From: Marsupella aquatica
Taxonomy: Eukaryota > Plantae > Marchantiophyta
NCBI GenBank assembly: GCA_973895155.1
Contig: OZ316898.1
Coordinates: 17,474,752-17,538,751, forward strand
DNA length: 64,000 nt
Direction: 5' to 3'
In this document: positions 50,201 through 59,795 of the stretch, piece by piece
How positions within the stretch are numbered: the first letter of the stretch is position 1
Layout: every line of letters starts with the position of its first letter
Notes under the pieces: model-generated
Databases searched by the model: none
What the model was told of the DNA's origin: nothing
Seen by the model: the letters and a program-made list of their open reading frames with translations, nothing else
Made by a program: the position numbers and the translations under genes

Positions 50201-51663
50201 TGTATTTCAGAGCACAGCTTGGCATTGCCCTGAATAGACGAGTCTAGTCGGTATAGACTATTGTGTCTATCCCTTGTTGCCCTCAGAAAGATCTTATTAG
50301 GATCTTCTTTATCCAACACGTAGCAATGACGGGAATTAAATAATACATTGTGGCCTTCATCAGCCAACTGACCAACTGACAAGAGATTGCGAGTCATACC
50401 AGGCACGTACAAAACCTTTTTGACCACTTTATTTCCATTGAACTTAGTGCTGCCTCTTCCAGCAACTGGAATGCGTGCACCAGAGGCAGTAGTTACATTG
50501 GAGGTGGATGCGTATGGAACAACGTGATTAAGAGTACTCTTGTTCCCAGTTACATGAGTACTAGCACCTGAATCAACTAGCCAATCTTGACTAGCTTTGA
50601 ATTCTGTGAGATTAACTTCTAAGATGCTTCTGTCGGGATCGCTGTCGGACTCACATTCTTCAGGTTCCACCGTCTCAGCCACGTTTGCATGGTGCATGCC
50701 TTTCTTAATGTCCGCATGCTTGATTTGTAGGCCCTTGATTTGGCTCTCAATCTTCTTGAGGCATTCCCCTTCCCAGTGACCAATATGCCCACAGAAATTG
50801 CAGGCTTCGGTCTTCCTGGCTGAAGAAGGTGCGCTTCGTCCCCGTCCACGATAGTTGTTTCTGCCTCTGCCACGTCCACGAAGAGGGCCACCACGCTGGG
50901 TGTTGTAGCTAGTCATCAGTGCTTCTTCGGTGTCGTTGCTCTGTAAAGCCCGTTGCATTTCTTCGGCCTCAAGGTGACCAATAAGGTCTGAGAATGACAG
51001 TGTCGGGAACTGATGCAGCAAGGTACCAAACGACATGATAAATGGCTTCCAGCTCGCAGGTAATCCTTTGAGAGTGGTGCGGATTAGTTCCTTATCTTCT
51101 ATAACAAAATTGATGTCACCTAGCTGCATCACCAAGTTGTCAATCTCACGAATGTATTCCTCAACACTACTCCCTTCGGACATGTGCATCTTAGACAGTT
51201 TATCCCTGAGGATGAGCTGCTTACCCATGGCCACGGATTCAAAACGCGATTTCAGCTGCAGCCATATCTTGGCAGGATCGTCAATGTACTTCTTCACGAT
51301 AGGGAAGATGTGATCCTTGACCGTCTGAGAGAAGATGTAGATTGCTCTTTCCTTCTTTTCTTCGATTTGCTCTGGCGTGAGTTGCATTGGCTTCGTGGGG
51401 TCTGGACTGACCAGCTCGAACCACACTTTATCCTTGCGGAACTGTCGCTCCACCTTGAAGGACCACCCGATGAAATTCTTACTGCCATCGAGCTTGTCCT
51501 TGTCTGCATAGACGAGGCCTTTGTCAAACTCGTAGTGGACATTCTGAGCTGCAGGAGGTCCAGTGCTTGGCGATGCTTGCTGTGTGCTGCTGCCTGGTGA
51601 GGCAGCTTGGGAGCCGCTGCTCTGTGATGATCGCTGTGGGCCGCCAACCATTCTGCTCAGCAC
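47194..51663 (-). CDS. Copia gag-pol polyprotein (1489 aa)
   Basis: gag, CCHC knuckle, protease DSGAS, integrase (HRRLSH..CDTC, DLCGP, RSDRGGEY, NGVAERKNR), RT (YGLKQSPR, FVDDLL), RNase H (YTDSD, EAEY, CDN, ADILTK) in Copia order. Confidence 0.97.
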   Translation of the reverse strand: MLSRMVGGPQRSSQSSGSQAASPGSSTQQASPSTGPPAAQNVHYEFDKGLVYADKDKLDGSKNFIGWSFKVERQFRKDKVWFELVSPDPTKPMQLTPEQIEEKKERAIYIFSQTVKDHIFPIVKKYIDDPAKIWLQLKSRFESVAMGKQLILRDKLSKMHMSEGSSVEEYIREIDNLVMQLGDINFVIEDKELIRTTLKGLPASWKPFIMSFGTLLHQFPTLSFSDLIGHLEAEEMQRALQSNDTEEALMTSYNTQRGGPLRGRGRGRNNYRGRGRSAPSSARKTEACNFCGHIGHWEGECLKKIESQIKGLQIKHADIKKGMHHANVAETVEPEECESDSDPDRSILEVNLTEFKASQDWLVDSGASTHVTGNKSTLNHVVPYASTSNVTTASGARIPVAGRGSTKFNGNKVVKKVLYVPGMTRNLLSVGQLADEGHNVLFNSRHCYVLDKEDPNKIFLRATRDRHNSLYRLDSSIQGNAKLCSEIHISLVDNTDEHASSPPSNTPTSNADSETQSDVSPLELWHRRLSHVNFRRVYNMSSNELVEGLPKLPLEDHVCDTCIMGKQHRERIPKKSANRSTKPLQLVHTDLCGPFIVSSLSKAKYLLTFTDDFSRYTWVYFLKAKSEAFLKFKDFKAMVENEFDSKIQCVRSDRGGEYLSNEFCQFCDRQGIKRQLTAARTPQQNGVAERKNRTLLEAARSAHIASGAPTFLWDELIQSATYVLNRCDTSSLTSSTPFQQLYNAKPDLSSLRIIGCLAYVHVPSELRHKLSAKSIRTALVGYDEKSKAYRCYDPIKRKIYISRDVVFNELKMFDFNIKPSQATAELPLISPAQSIYISSATQEQNSYSASEPASPDSVPVDPGNSTDSNLEPLEPVDSSLEVEPAPADSTPTSTLPLPFPIRRQSSRARELPVRLRQDYVLDFRPNNPDVCLVETTDPVNENISFQQARLDPQWNAAMKEEFDSLIENETWVLTALPPGKRAISARWLYRVKPEVNPTRTRLKARLVARGIEQRFGVDFEDTFAPVVKWSTIRLVIALAAALGWSISQMDVITAFLNGKLKELIYMVQPPGFEVPGSEHLVCQLNRSIYGLKQSPRAWYEEVDRFLRSKGWTRSTADHNLYFINEGGKIVLLLLFVDDLLITGNDDAKIDEVKAQLSQQYKMKDLGKVTRYLGIDFVDVADGMFIHQRDYCQSFLEEFEMQDCKGAATPLPEGFDVSADTLSPDVDATHYCKLVGKLIYLTNTRPDLAYAVGILSRFMSSPQQKHMDAARHVLRYIKSTIDFGLLFQRTGTLSLSGYTDSDHAACKDTRRSIGAYVFQFAGGSVTWASKRQATVSQSTTEAEYRALSEGAREAVFLRRLLSELSFIPEIRVALNCQNQEVISNLSVASQPTLQDAHLNLHCDNQGSINLAKNPIFHARTKHIELQHHYIRERVLEGEVTLKYIPTAEQPADILTKSLPRWKFEKHREFLGMKSLRDILPTLGNAATQDA

Positions 51664-54021
51664 ATGAGTAACGCTGGGAGATTCTCACCACGATTGTGCT
51701 CTGGCAGTCTGTTGCTCTGATACCATGAAGAAACTGACGAGCGCAGCTTCCCATAATTTACACAGCAAGAATGCAGAATGAACAGTGAATTGGTCCTTAA
51801 GAGAGTGGTTGGCGAGAGAATGCGCCGCACCAGATCAGTGAATACTAATCGGACCGTAAGTAAGATTAACCCTAAATCTAACGGTAATCACACATATACA
51901 GGCCCCCCCAGATAACACCTAAGCGAAGGGGGAACAGACAAAGGAACAGCAAGTGGCGTATGTACACCGGATGAACGTCGTAAACTTAACACCCATTCCT
52001 GAAATTGATGATGCGCAGGCACGCCCCCGCAAAAAAAACAATACTGCTTTCAAAAGTAGTTCAGTGACAGTAATTGATGGTTCCTTCATACTTACCTCGA
52101 GCTGCATCTTCACCATGGGCTGTTGTTCCTGCATCAGAGTCTTTGTAGAGAGGAAGAAAATAGCCATTTGACACTCGGATGAGATTGACCAGTTGTGGAT
52201 GGAACTCGTGACATTGTCAAGCCCGGCCGTGATGATTGAGTCCTGACCCCCTTCGACCACTCCCCGACATCCAACCTGCGCGTATTCGTCACCAGGTCTA
52301 GCTATGGTGTTAGATGCTTCCCCTGCTGCAACGGGTGTGTGTGCCCTTGGATTGTCTCACTGTACGCATTCCATGCCTTTGGCTCTGAAGATCTTGCTAA
52401 GTTTCGCCATTGTGTATGGTGCTGGTCTTTGTTGATAACACTTTGAAATCCCAGGGTGGACTCGCCTTTATGAATAGTTGAGTTCTTAGAGAGATGGTTC
52501 TTCCAACTGTTGATGTTTATTACGTATCGGTCCTTGTTATCAATTACTTTTATGTTATGTTACCTTGTTGATTAGGATTCCTTTCTGAACACGATTTCGG
52601 ACCGACCGAGAAGTGTGTCGGAGTTCTCGTTTAGCCCGATCTTGTTTTTTTCTAAGGCAATGCAATGATCGATAAAACTGACAAAAACTCTCCGAAACGC
52701 CACTTTCCTCCATTGCATCACCGCGGGAATGCAGGGAGCGATACGTGCATCGGGTTTTACATTCCGTCAGTGAAAAAGTCCGAACTGCGAGTAACTTGGT
52801 CCGAACCGCGTAATCCAGGAACGACCACGCACTAACCCAAGTAAAGGGGAAACTTAACCATGGTTAAGGGGAAATTAACCATGGTTTAGAGCGTCTCCTA
52901 TATAAAGAGGAGCGGGCTGCCCATAAAACGTTTGCTTTCGCTAGAGCAAATATCTCCTGACTGAGAGCGAATACCAAACTCCCATCGAGTCTTACATTCC
53001 TCCCAAGCGATTCGACTCTTTCTACCGAAAACCCGATAAATTTATCGGAACAACCATTCCTGTTCAAGTTCTCCATGTAAGACTAACTAGTCATTTAGTG
53101 TAAAATGTCCAGATCCGAGCGGACTACGATAAATTTATCGCATTCTGCATTCCTCTATTGCAATCATTTGATCCAGTGTTTAGAGAGGTGTTGCCTTCAT
53201 TCCGATAAATTTATCGGAGTCTTCATTCCTTTCATGGAAAGAGGAGTAATTGAGAATCCGATAAATTTATCGGAGTTGTCATTTTTGTGAAAGATTGAAT
53301 TCAGGTCTTAGGTGTCTGAGGAAGTCATATTTTCAATTCAAATGCAGAGTGCGATAAACTTATCGCATCCTCCTGTGAGAATCATTTTCCTTTGTTTTGT
53401 TTGGAGACTCATCTTCATCTCTGATGTCGCAGTGTTGTCGGGTTTAGGAGGCACAACGGAAGGTTGATTGCACTCTGTGGACAACAGGTATTGTGACAAA
53501 TGGCTCTTCCTTGAAAATCATGTCAAACATGCACGCCGGTTGTACAAGAGACTCGTGTGACTCAAAGTTCTCCCCATCGGTATAGGAGCATTGTGGATGG
53601 GTGGTACTGATCCTGGAGATAGGCAGAATCCTCTCCGCATTGAATTCTGTGGAATGAATGATGCAGGAGTTCCAATTCGTTCGAGGTTGATGTTAACGGC
53701 GTGTTTACATTCTTTGGAGTTTTCTTGTAACTATTGTTGTCGTCGTCTTGACAACAAGTACCACAAACAGGCTCACTTCTGTTGTAAGATTTGGAACGAA
53801 GACCCTTGGGTGAACCTTTCACGATGAGTGTTTCGACCTTTGCATTGAGGCGCGTCTTGTAAGGACATATTTAAATAAACAAGTCCTACCCTTGCGCAGC
53901 GAATATAATACGTGACAAGTCCTAATCGTTAAACTGTCGTGCAGGGTTGGTACTGTGGATGTGTTCGGTTACACCTGGTGATTGAAGGTATTTTTATTGG
54001 TGGTTTTGGTAGCTCTGCTTC

Positions 54022-54570
54022 ATGGTTGCGTCGGAGAATCTAATCGTTGCAAAGATGGGATCCGTTTTAGCCCACGAGCGTAGGAAATATATTCGAGGAA
54101 AAGTGCCCGGTGTGAAATGCGGAAGTTTGTTGAATGGACTTCCCGATCAACTCGTTGAATCTCACATTTGGCCCCTCCTAGCCTTGTCTTGCACACAAGA
54201 TGAACACCTTGGCCTTGACCTAAAACTTCTACCAGAAGAACGACTGACTCAAATGAGAACAATCATTTGTCTTGGAGCCACCTCAAAGAAATGGAACCAT
54301 CTTGTTGTTGGTACACAATTTTGGGCGCTATTGAAATATGCAGTCCATGAGATCAATGACATAAACAAAATGCTCGCAAGCATTCCTAATGCCGACCTTC
54401 TCTCAAACATACATATTGCTAGGGTCTTCCGAGAGGAAACTCATTTCCTCCCTCCCATAGATATGCTTGGGTGCTTTTCATATGAGCAGTTAGATCAGTT
54501 TTGTAGAGTTTGGATAAATCTTGGAGAAAGTAGGAAGCGGACAATTCTTGCATGGCATGGACGAGTCTGA
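54022..54570 (+). CDS. Transposon cargo ORF, F-box-like (182 aa)
   Basis: LNGLPDQLVESHIWPLL...LGATSKKWNHLV resembles an F-box motif with an insertion. Open ATG-to-stop frame. Confidence 0.45.
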   Translation: MVASENLIVAKMGSVLAHERRKYIRGKVPGVKCGSLLNGLPDQLVESHIWPLLALSCTQDEHLGLDLKLLPEERLTQMRTIICLGATSKKWNHLVVGTQFWALLKYAVHEINDINKMLASIPNADLLSNIHIARVFREETHFLPPIDMLGCFSYEQLDQFCRVWINLGESRKRTILAWHGRV

Positions 54571-54885
54571 GTGGATGAGGCATTGCTGCGAACATCCGAT
54601 AAATTTATCGCACTCCTCATTCCTCTAGTCGATTTTGGGTGCTCTAAGGTTTGCTCGAGAAGAGCTTGTAAAGAAACACTTTGAATGTAATTGACTTTGC
54701 CTCCCCTCACTTCGGGTTGTGTGGTCCAGAGTGTATTTGTTTGCGCCTCTTCGGACGATTAGCTGACAAGTGCATTGGCTTCACAGCCCGTTATACAAGG
54801 TACTGTAAAGTTGGATGAAACTTGTAGAATTGTAATTAGTATGTTCTCCAAAATTTATTCCTGATTTCTATTCGGTGATCAGGCC

Positions 54886-55598
54886 ATGCTCGAGCGACGC
54901 ATTTTTGTACCCTACCCGGATCCTCCAGAATGGGGGAATGGAGCCATGCTGGACCAGCTAAGGAGGCTGGATGAGTCACTAATTTTAAAGATATGCAGGC
55001 TGGTAGTAAAACCATTTTACCATAACACATTTCACTTCTACGTAGATCAGGTAGGGGGAGAAATTTATATTCGGTGGGATAGATATGTTGGATTTACTAG
55101 AAGAGTTATCCTACTCTTTCTGAAAACCGGTGCAGTAAGACGTTTTATACTCCACTGCTGTCATGTTGTGAAGGGCAATCCTGCTAATGAGCCATAATTC
55201 TATGCCGACAATAGACGTAGAGCATTCGATGAGATTCAAGATGTGATTGACGAGCTGGACAATCCTCTTGCCACCGAGTTTTTTATTGACACTGGTGGGA
55301 AACTATATTCATACAAGATTTGTCAACTTCCCCCCAGCCGGTCTGTGCGCTCTTTAACTTGATCTATGTAAGTTGCCTGTGGACGAACGTCCTTGCCAAT
55401 GGTGAGATCTGTCCATGCTGCACAAATGCTTGTTGTGACATTCCGTCACGCCGGTATTCAGTAGCAGTAGTGAATCCTGAGACTGGTGAAGTTGATTTCC
55501 ATTGGCTGTGGGCTTATGATCATCGCGTCACTCATATTCCCCAATGGCCCAAGAAGCGGATCGAACGCTTTGCTCTGGCGAGGTTCAACTATGATTAG
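54886..55598 (+). pseudogene. Transposon cargo ORF of unknown function, Cys-rich C-terminus, disrupted
   Basis: 54886-55197 reads through a TAA into plausible coding sequence, then frameshifts into 55320-55598 (..SCLWTNVLANGEICPCC..). Confidence 0.35.
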
Positions 55599-55823
55599 GG
55601 TTTAGGTTTAGGGGTTAAGGTTTGGATTTAGGGTTCCGTAGCTGATTCTTTGACCTATACACTCGGCCGTCAATTTAAAGAAGGCTCACTTTTGCGATAA
55701 TTTTATCGGTCATTTGCATTGCGGGTCTCTTTGTCCTTGTGTGATGAGATGTCGTGTCCACATGTGTTGTGAGATAATTTTATCGCTCTTTGCATTGGAA
55801 TTTGTTTATTTGCAGACTTTGCC

Positions 55824-58800
55824 ATGGTTGCTAGTGGAAAGAGTGGATCTGCTGAGGCAGAAAGTCTCATGACAAGCCTCACCAATGCAATTTGGACGAG
55901 CGAAGACATTTGTGAAGAGGTCAAGTGTATCAAGAAGTCATGGTACTTCCGTGACGCCAGATTACAGTCCACGGGTTTTGAAGATTGTGCTACCCCAATC
56001 CTTTGGGTCCAGTTGCAAAAATCGGCGAAGGTTAATGTTTCGTATGGCCCTATCATTGTTGTTGCCGTCATCGAGTTCATGGTTGGCCACGGGGAGGGAA
56101 AAGTGTTGACAGAGGGCCTTAGTTTCTTGACAATGTGTGGGCGCAAGGGTTTCACATCTCTCATTGTTACTCTCGATAACTTTGATGAGAAATCGATGGA
56201 CAGTTATCCAGAAGATCCCCTTGTTGCGGAAGTTCGGGCAGCAAGAGAGATGAATGTTATGGGTTCGGCTTGGATCGGCCAGTATGTGCAAGATTGTGAT
56301 GCCATCATGCTTCCAAGGGTGAACGCAGAGTACAAGAGACTTGTGGGTGAAGAGTTCAAACCTGTCCGCAAAATTGTTTTCAAGAAACCAGGTTCAAGTG
56401 GCAGCGGTGGTTCTAATGCCAATAAAATGTCGGGGCGAAAAGAACCATTGCAATCCTCTACACATATTGACGTGGACGAATCTACAACTTCTGGTCTGGT
56501 TTCGGGAAGTGGAAGAGGGAAAGGGAGAGGTAGCGGCAGGGGAGATGCCGCGGGAACCTCTGACGGTGGGAAGAAGAGCCAGGAAATTGGCGGTAGTGGG
56601 AGAGGCCGAGGCAACCATCACGGACCATCCGTTAAACCAAGCGAAAGTAAAGGATCCGAGGGATCCGGGCCATCTGGTTCTGGACTTAGCACAAAGAGGA
56701 AGAGGACTGGTTGGATAGAGAAGGTGGCTGCAGAAGTAGATAGAGCTCCGTCAATTCCATCAGTTCCAGTCACGGTTCCTGTGGCGCCATTGGTAAGTAC
56801 TACGTCATTGTACTGTTTAACAAATACGAAATCCGATAAAAATCTCGCTGTTTATTTCCTGAATTGCGGATTGTGGAGTTATGTTGAACAAATGCGAACT
56901 CCGATAAAAATCTCGCAGTTTCTTTCCTTAATTGAATTTGCAATGCTTTTGTAGGCTGATCAGGAGGAGGAGACGGCTCTTTCGATGTATGAGACGGATG
57001 CGATCAAGGTAGAGCTCAATCTTCTGATGCAACGAAGGGTGCAAAGGACAACTGTGCTTCTGCATGTCGATAATCTCATATTTGATGAGGAGGGGGATTT
57101 GTCAACTTTGATTAGACCAGTGGATAGATTGCATGTGGAAAATATCAAGATACTCCTCATGAAAAACCCCACCAACTTCAGTGCCCCGTTCGTGCTGTGT
57201 GTGGATCCGAAGGATTGTCCCACAACTGCAGATTGGGACATCCTGAAGTCAAGGGTATGGAAGTATAGAATTATTGGAGGGAATCATGATGCTCGGGCAA
57301 AGTCCAAGTTGTTTAAAATGTACGGGAAGCAAATATATGGTGAGCTGGAAGCTTGGGTTTACGCTGGGCTTACGAGATCCGAGGTCCAAAAGTTAGGCTT
57401 CCAGCATAACTATGACCAGGAGTATCGGAAGAACATGACTAAAATTGACCAAGTTCGCGCTTGTCACAATATTTTCCTTGAAATGGGTGTGGGCTCGACT
57501 AAAGATGTCCGCGAAGCATGTTGTCAAGAATGCATGATGGAGTACACGCCAAGAGTTCGTGACTCCATGGCCAAACATGATCCGGCTTTCCAAATTGCTT
57601 TCCGAACAGGTGAAATTTGGGATCTTCAGGAGCAGATTTTCCAGATGTGGGAGAAAGATATTGTCTTAGGACAACCCAAAAAAATTGTGGCAACGACGAA
57701 TGCAAAGGGAAAGGTAAAACCTTTGACGGTAAGGGAGATTAAAATGAATAAACTTGCTGGTGACCTCAACTTAAATTCATTTCGAGGTCTCCAAGGACTG
57801 TCAAATAAGGAGCATGTGAAGCGTCTCTTGAATAGGGTTATCGGGAAGGTGATCACTTTGGATCAAATGCACAAGGAAGGTGAGAAGTTGAAAAAACTTG
57901 CCAAGGTGAAGAAACTATTTTTGCAGATATCTGGTCAGCCAGATTGGGCAACATGCAGAGAAATGTTTCCCAACGAAACAAATGTCTCGGTCCTTGGCAT
58001 ATGGGCGGAGAAATTGAGTGACGCGGTAAGCATTCCTCTCACAGCATGCTCTATTGCGGGATTTTTATCGGCTTTAGCATTCCTTTTGTTGGTTTCTAAG
58101 CGATTGCATCTATCAGCTAGCGTGCTCCATCGCAAGATTTTTATCGGCTTTAGCATTCCTTTGTTGGTTTCGAAGCGATTGCATCTATTAGCTAGCGTGC
58201 TCCATTGCGAGATTTTTATCGGCTTTAGCATTCCTTTGTTGGTTTCTAAGCGATTCCATCTATCGGCTAGCGTGCTCCATCGCGAGATTTTTATCGGCTT
58301 TAGCATTCATCTCACTCTATTCTAACTGTAGATGTGTCTGACATTTTTACAACTGAAGATTAATTCAAAAAGGAAAAGCAAAGTGGTTCCGGCTGTCACT
58401 TATAATTCTGCAGGGAGGTTATTGTTCCCTCAGCTGAAATCCCTTATGTGTTTAAGAATTTTGTGCTTGCTGCAATCGATAAGTACAATCGGCTGAGGTC
58501 CTTAGACGAGGGCACAGCAGAAGCGTTTGAACAAACATGGAAAAATGCAGACGGGGATTCTTTTCCCTACTATCTCCATGTTGGTGATGTTCAAAGTTTG
58601 GATTCTTTTGTTCAGCCAAGGGCTTACACCCTTGCGGTTGTAGATATTCCGTATGGTTTTAATGCTCCTGGTTTGGAGTTTGATGAAGTGGCCTTCACAG
58701 AAAAGGACATTTTAGACATGTTGACAAGTTTCTCAAAGATGACGACCGCTAAGTAGTGGAGGTTTGTTGTGATCCATTCACTACAACAAACGCATATGGT

Positions 58801-59464
58801 GATGTCTGCACTGGAGAGTGTATGCAACTGTGGGGTCGAGGCTGGAATCTGGGAGAAGACTAACATTCATGAGCGTTCCGCTGGAGCTCGATTGGCGTGG
58901 GGTTTTGAGAACTGGTCGATAGGTTTCTATAGCGAGGAAGGCATTCGGAACATGGACATGTACAATTTCCAACCGAATGAGTCTCGCGTCAATATCATCA
59001 AGGTTCCATGTGTAACCAAGAAGTCCGTTGATCCGTTGGGATTTGTTGTGAACCCATATCATAAGCCTGTTGGTTTGGGGGCTTGGTTTGTTTCCCATTT
59101 CTCTGAGAAAGAGGATTGGGTTATTGATCTTTGTTGTGGAACCGGATTGACATTAGCTGCTACGCTCCTCAATTCTCGCCAGGGTTGTGCTGTTGATAAG
59201 AGTTCTGCGCAGATTGATTTTATGAAATCCCGGATCATGATTCTGGAGTCAAACTGGAATTTATATGAAGAATCCCAGATTGAAGGGCACGGTGTTGAAG
59301 GTCATGAGATTCAACCACCAATTGCAGGCCAATTGGGTGTTCTCGGGACATCGACTTACGTAGTTGAGGTCGTGAAGGAGACCGAAGAGGAACAAGAAGA
59401 AACTGAGGAAGAGCCTCCCAGAACACCAAATGAGGATGATCTCAACAACATGTTATTAGATTAG
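55824..59464 (+). pseudogene. Unknown domain + ParB/Srx-like domain + beta-class N6A/N4C DNA methyltransferase, copy B
   Basis: Exons 55824-56792, 56955-58025 and about 58332/58353-59464; introns at the same positions as in A. Motifs: YRIIGGNH, LAVVDIPYG, NPYHKP, WVIDLCCGTG. -1 frameshift at about 58412 and in-frame TAG at 58754-58756. Confidence 0.85.
58055..58310. repeat. About 75-bp tandem repeat (3+ copies) in MTase intron 2 of copy B
   Basis: The unit GAGATTTTTATCGGCTTTAGCATTCCTTTGTTGGTTTCTAAGCGATTGCATCTATCAGCTAGCGTGCTCCATCGC recurs. Confidence 0.85.
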
Positions 59465-59795
59465 TTGCGTGTGCTCGTTAGGATAATGTCAATCACCAAT
59501 GGAGTTGTCGATAAATTTATCGGATTCTGTATTCCATGAGGAAGAACCTTTGTCATATTTATTAATGCGATAAATTTATTGGACTTTGCATATATCGGAG
59601 TGTCGCGATGTTCTAGCTGGGGGAATGGAGTTGTCGATAATCTTATCGGACTTAGCATTGTATGCTCTAACTGGTTTGTCATTGCAATTATTTCCAAAAA
59701 AAAGATATCATTATAGCTGCGGAGTACATAGTCCCAGAACGATAACCACTATACATATTCATGGGAACGATAACCATTACAACTTAAACCTGCAA

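Larger units (their letters stand above)
46318..51991 (-). mobile_element. Intact Ty1/Copia LTR retrotransposon, very recent insertion
   Basis: 266-bp LTRs at 46318-46583 and 51726-51991, identical by eye. TSD CCCAT at 46313-46317 and 51992-51996. PBS TGGTATCAGAGC (tRNA-iMet) at 51725-51714. PPT at 46592-46584. Confidence 0.97.
29101..52587 (-). mobile_element. L1-clade LINE, degenerate; interrupted by transposon A (3'UTR) and a Copia (ORF1); 5' end approximate
   Basis: Poly(T) at 29101-29111 with an AATAAA complement near 29140 marks the 3' end. LINE segments are 29101-29666, 39714-46317 and 51992-about 52587. Confidence 0.8.
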
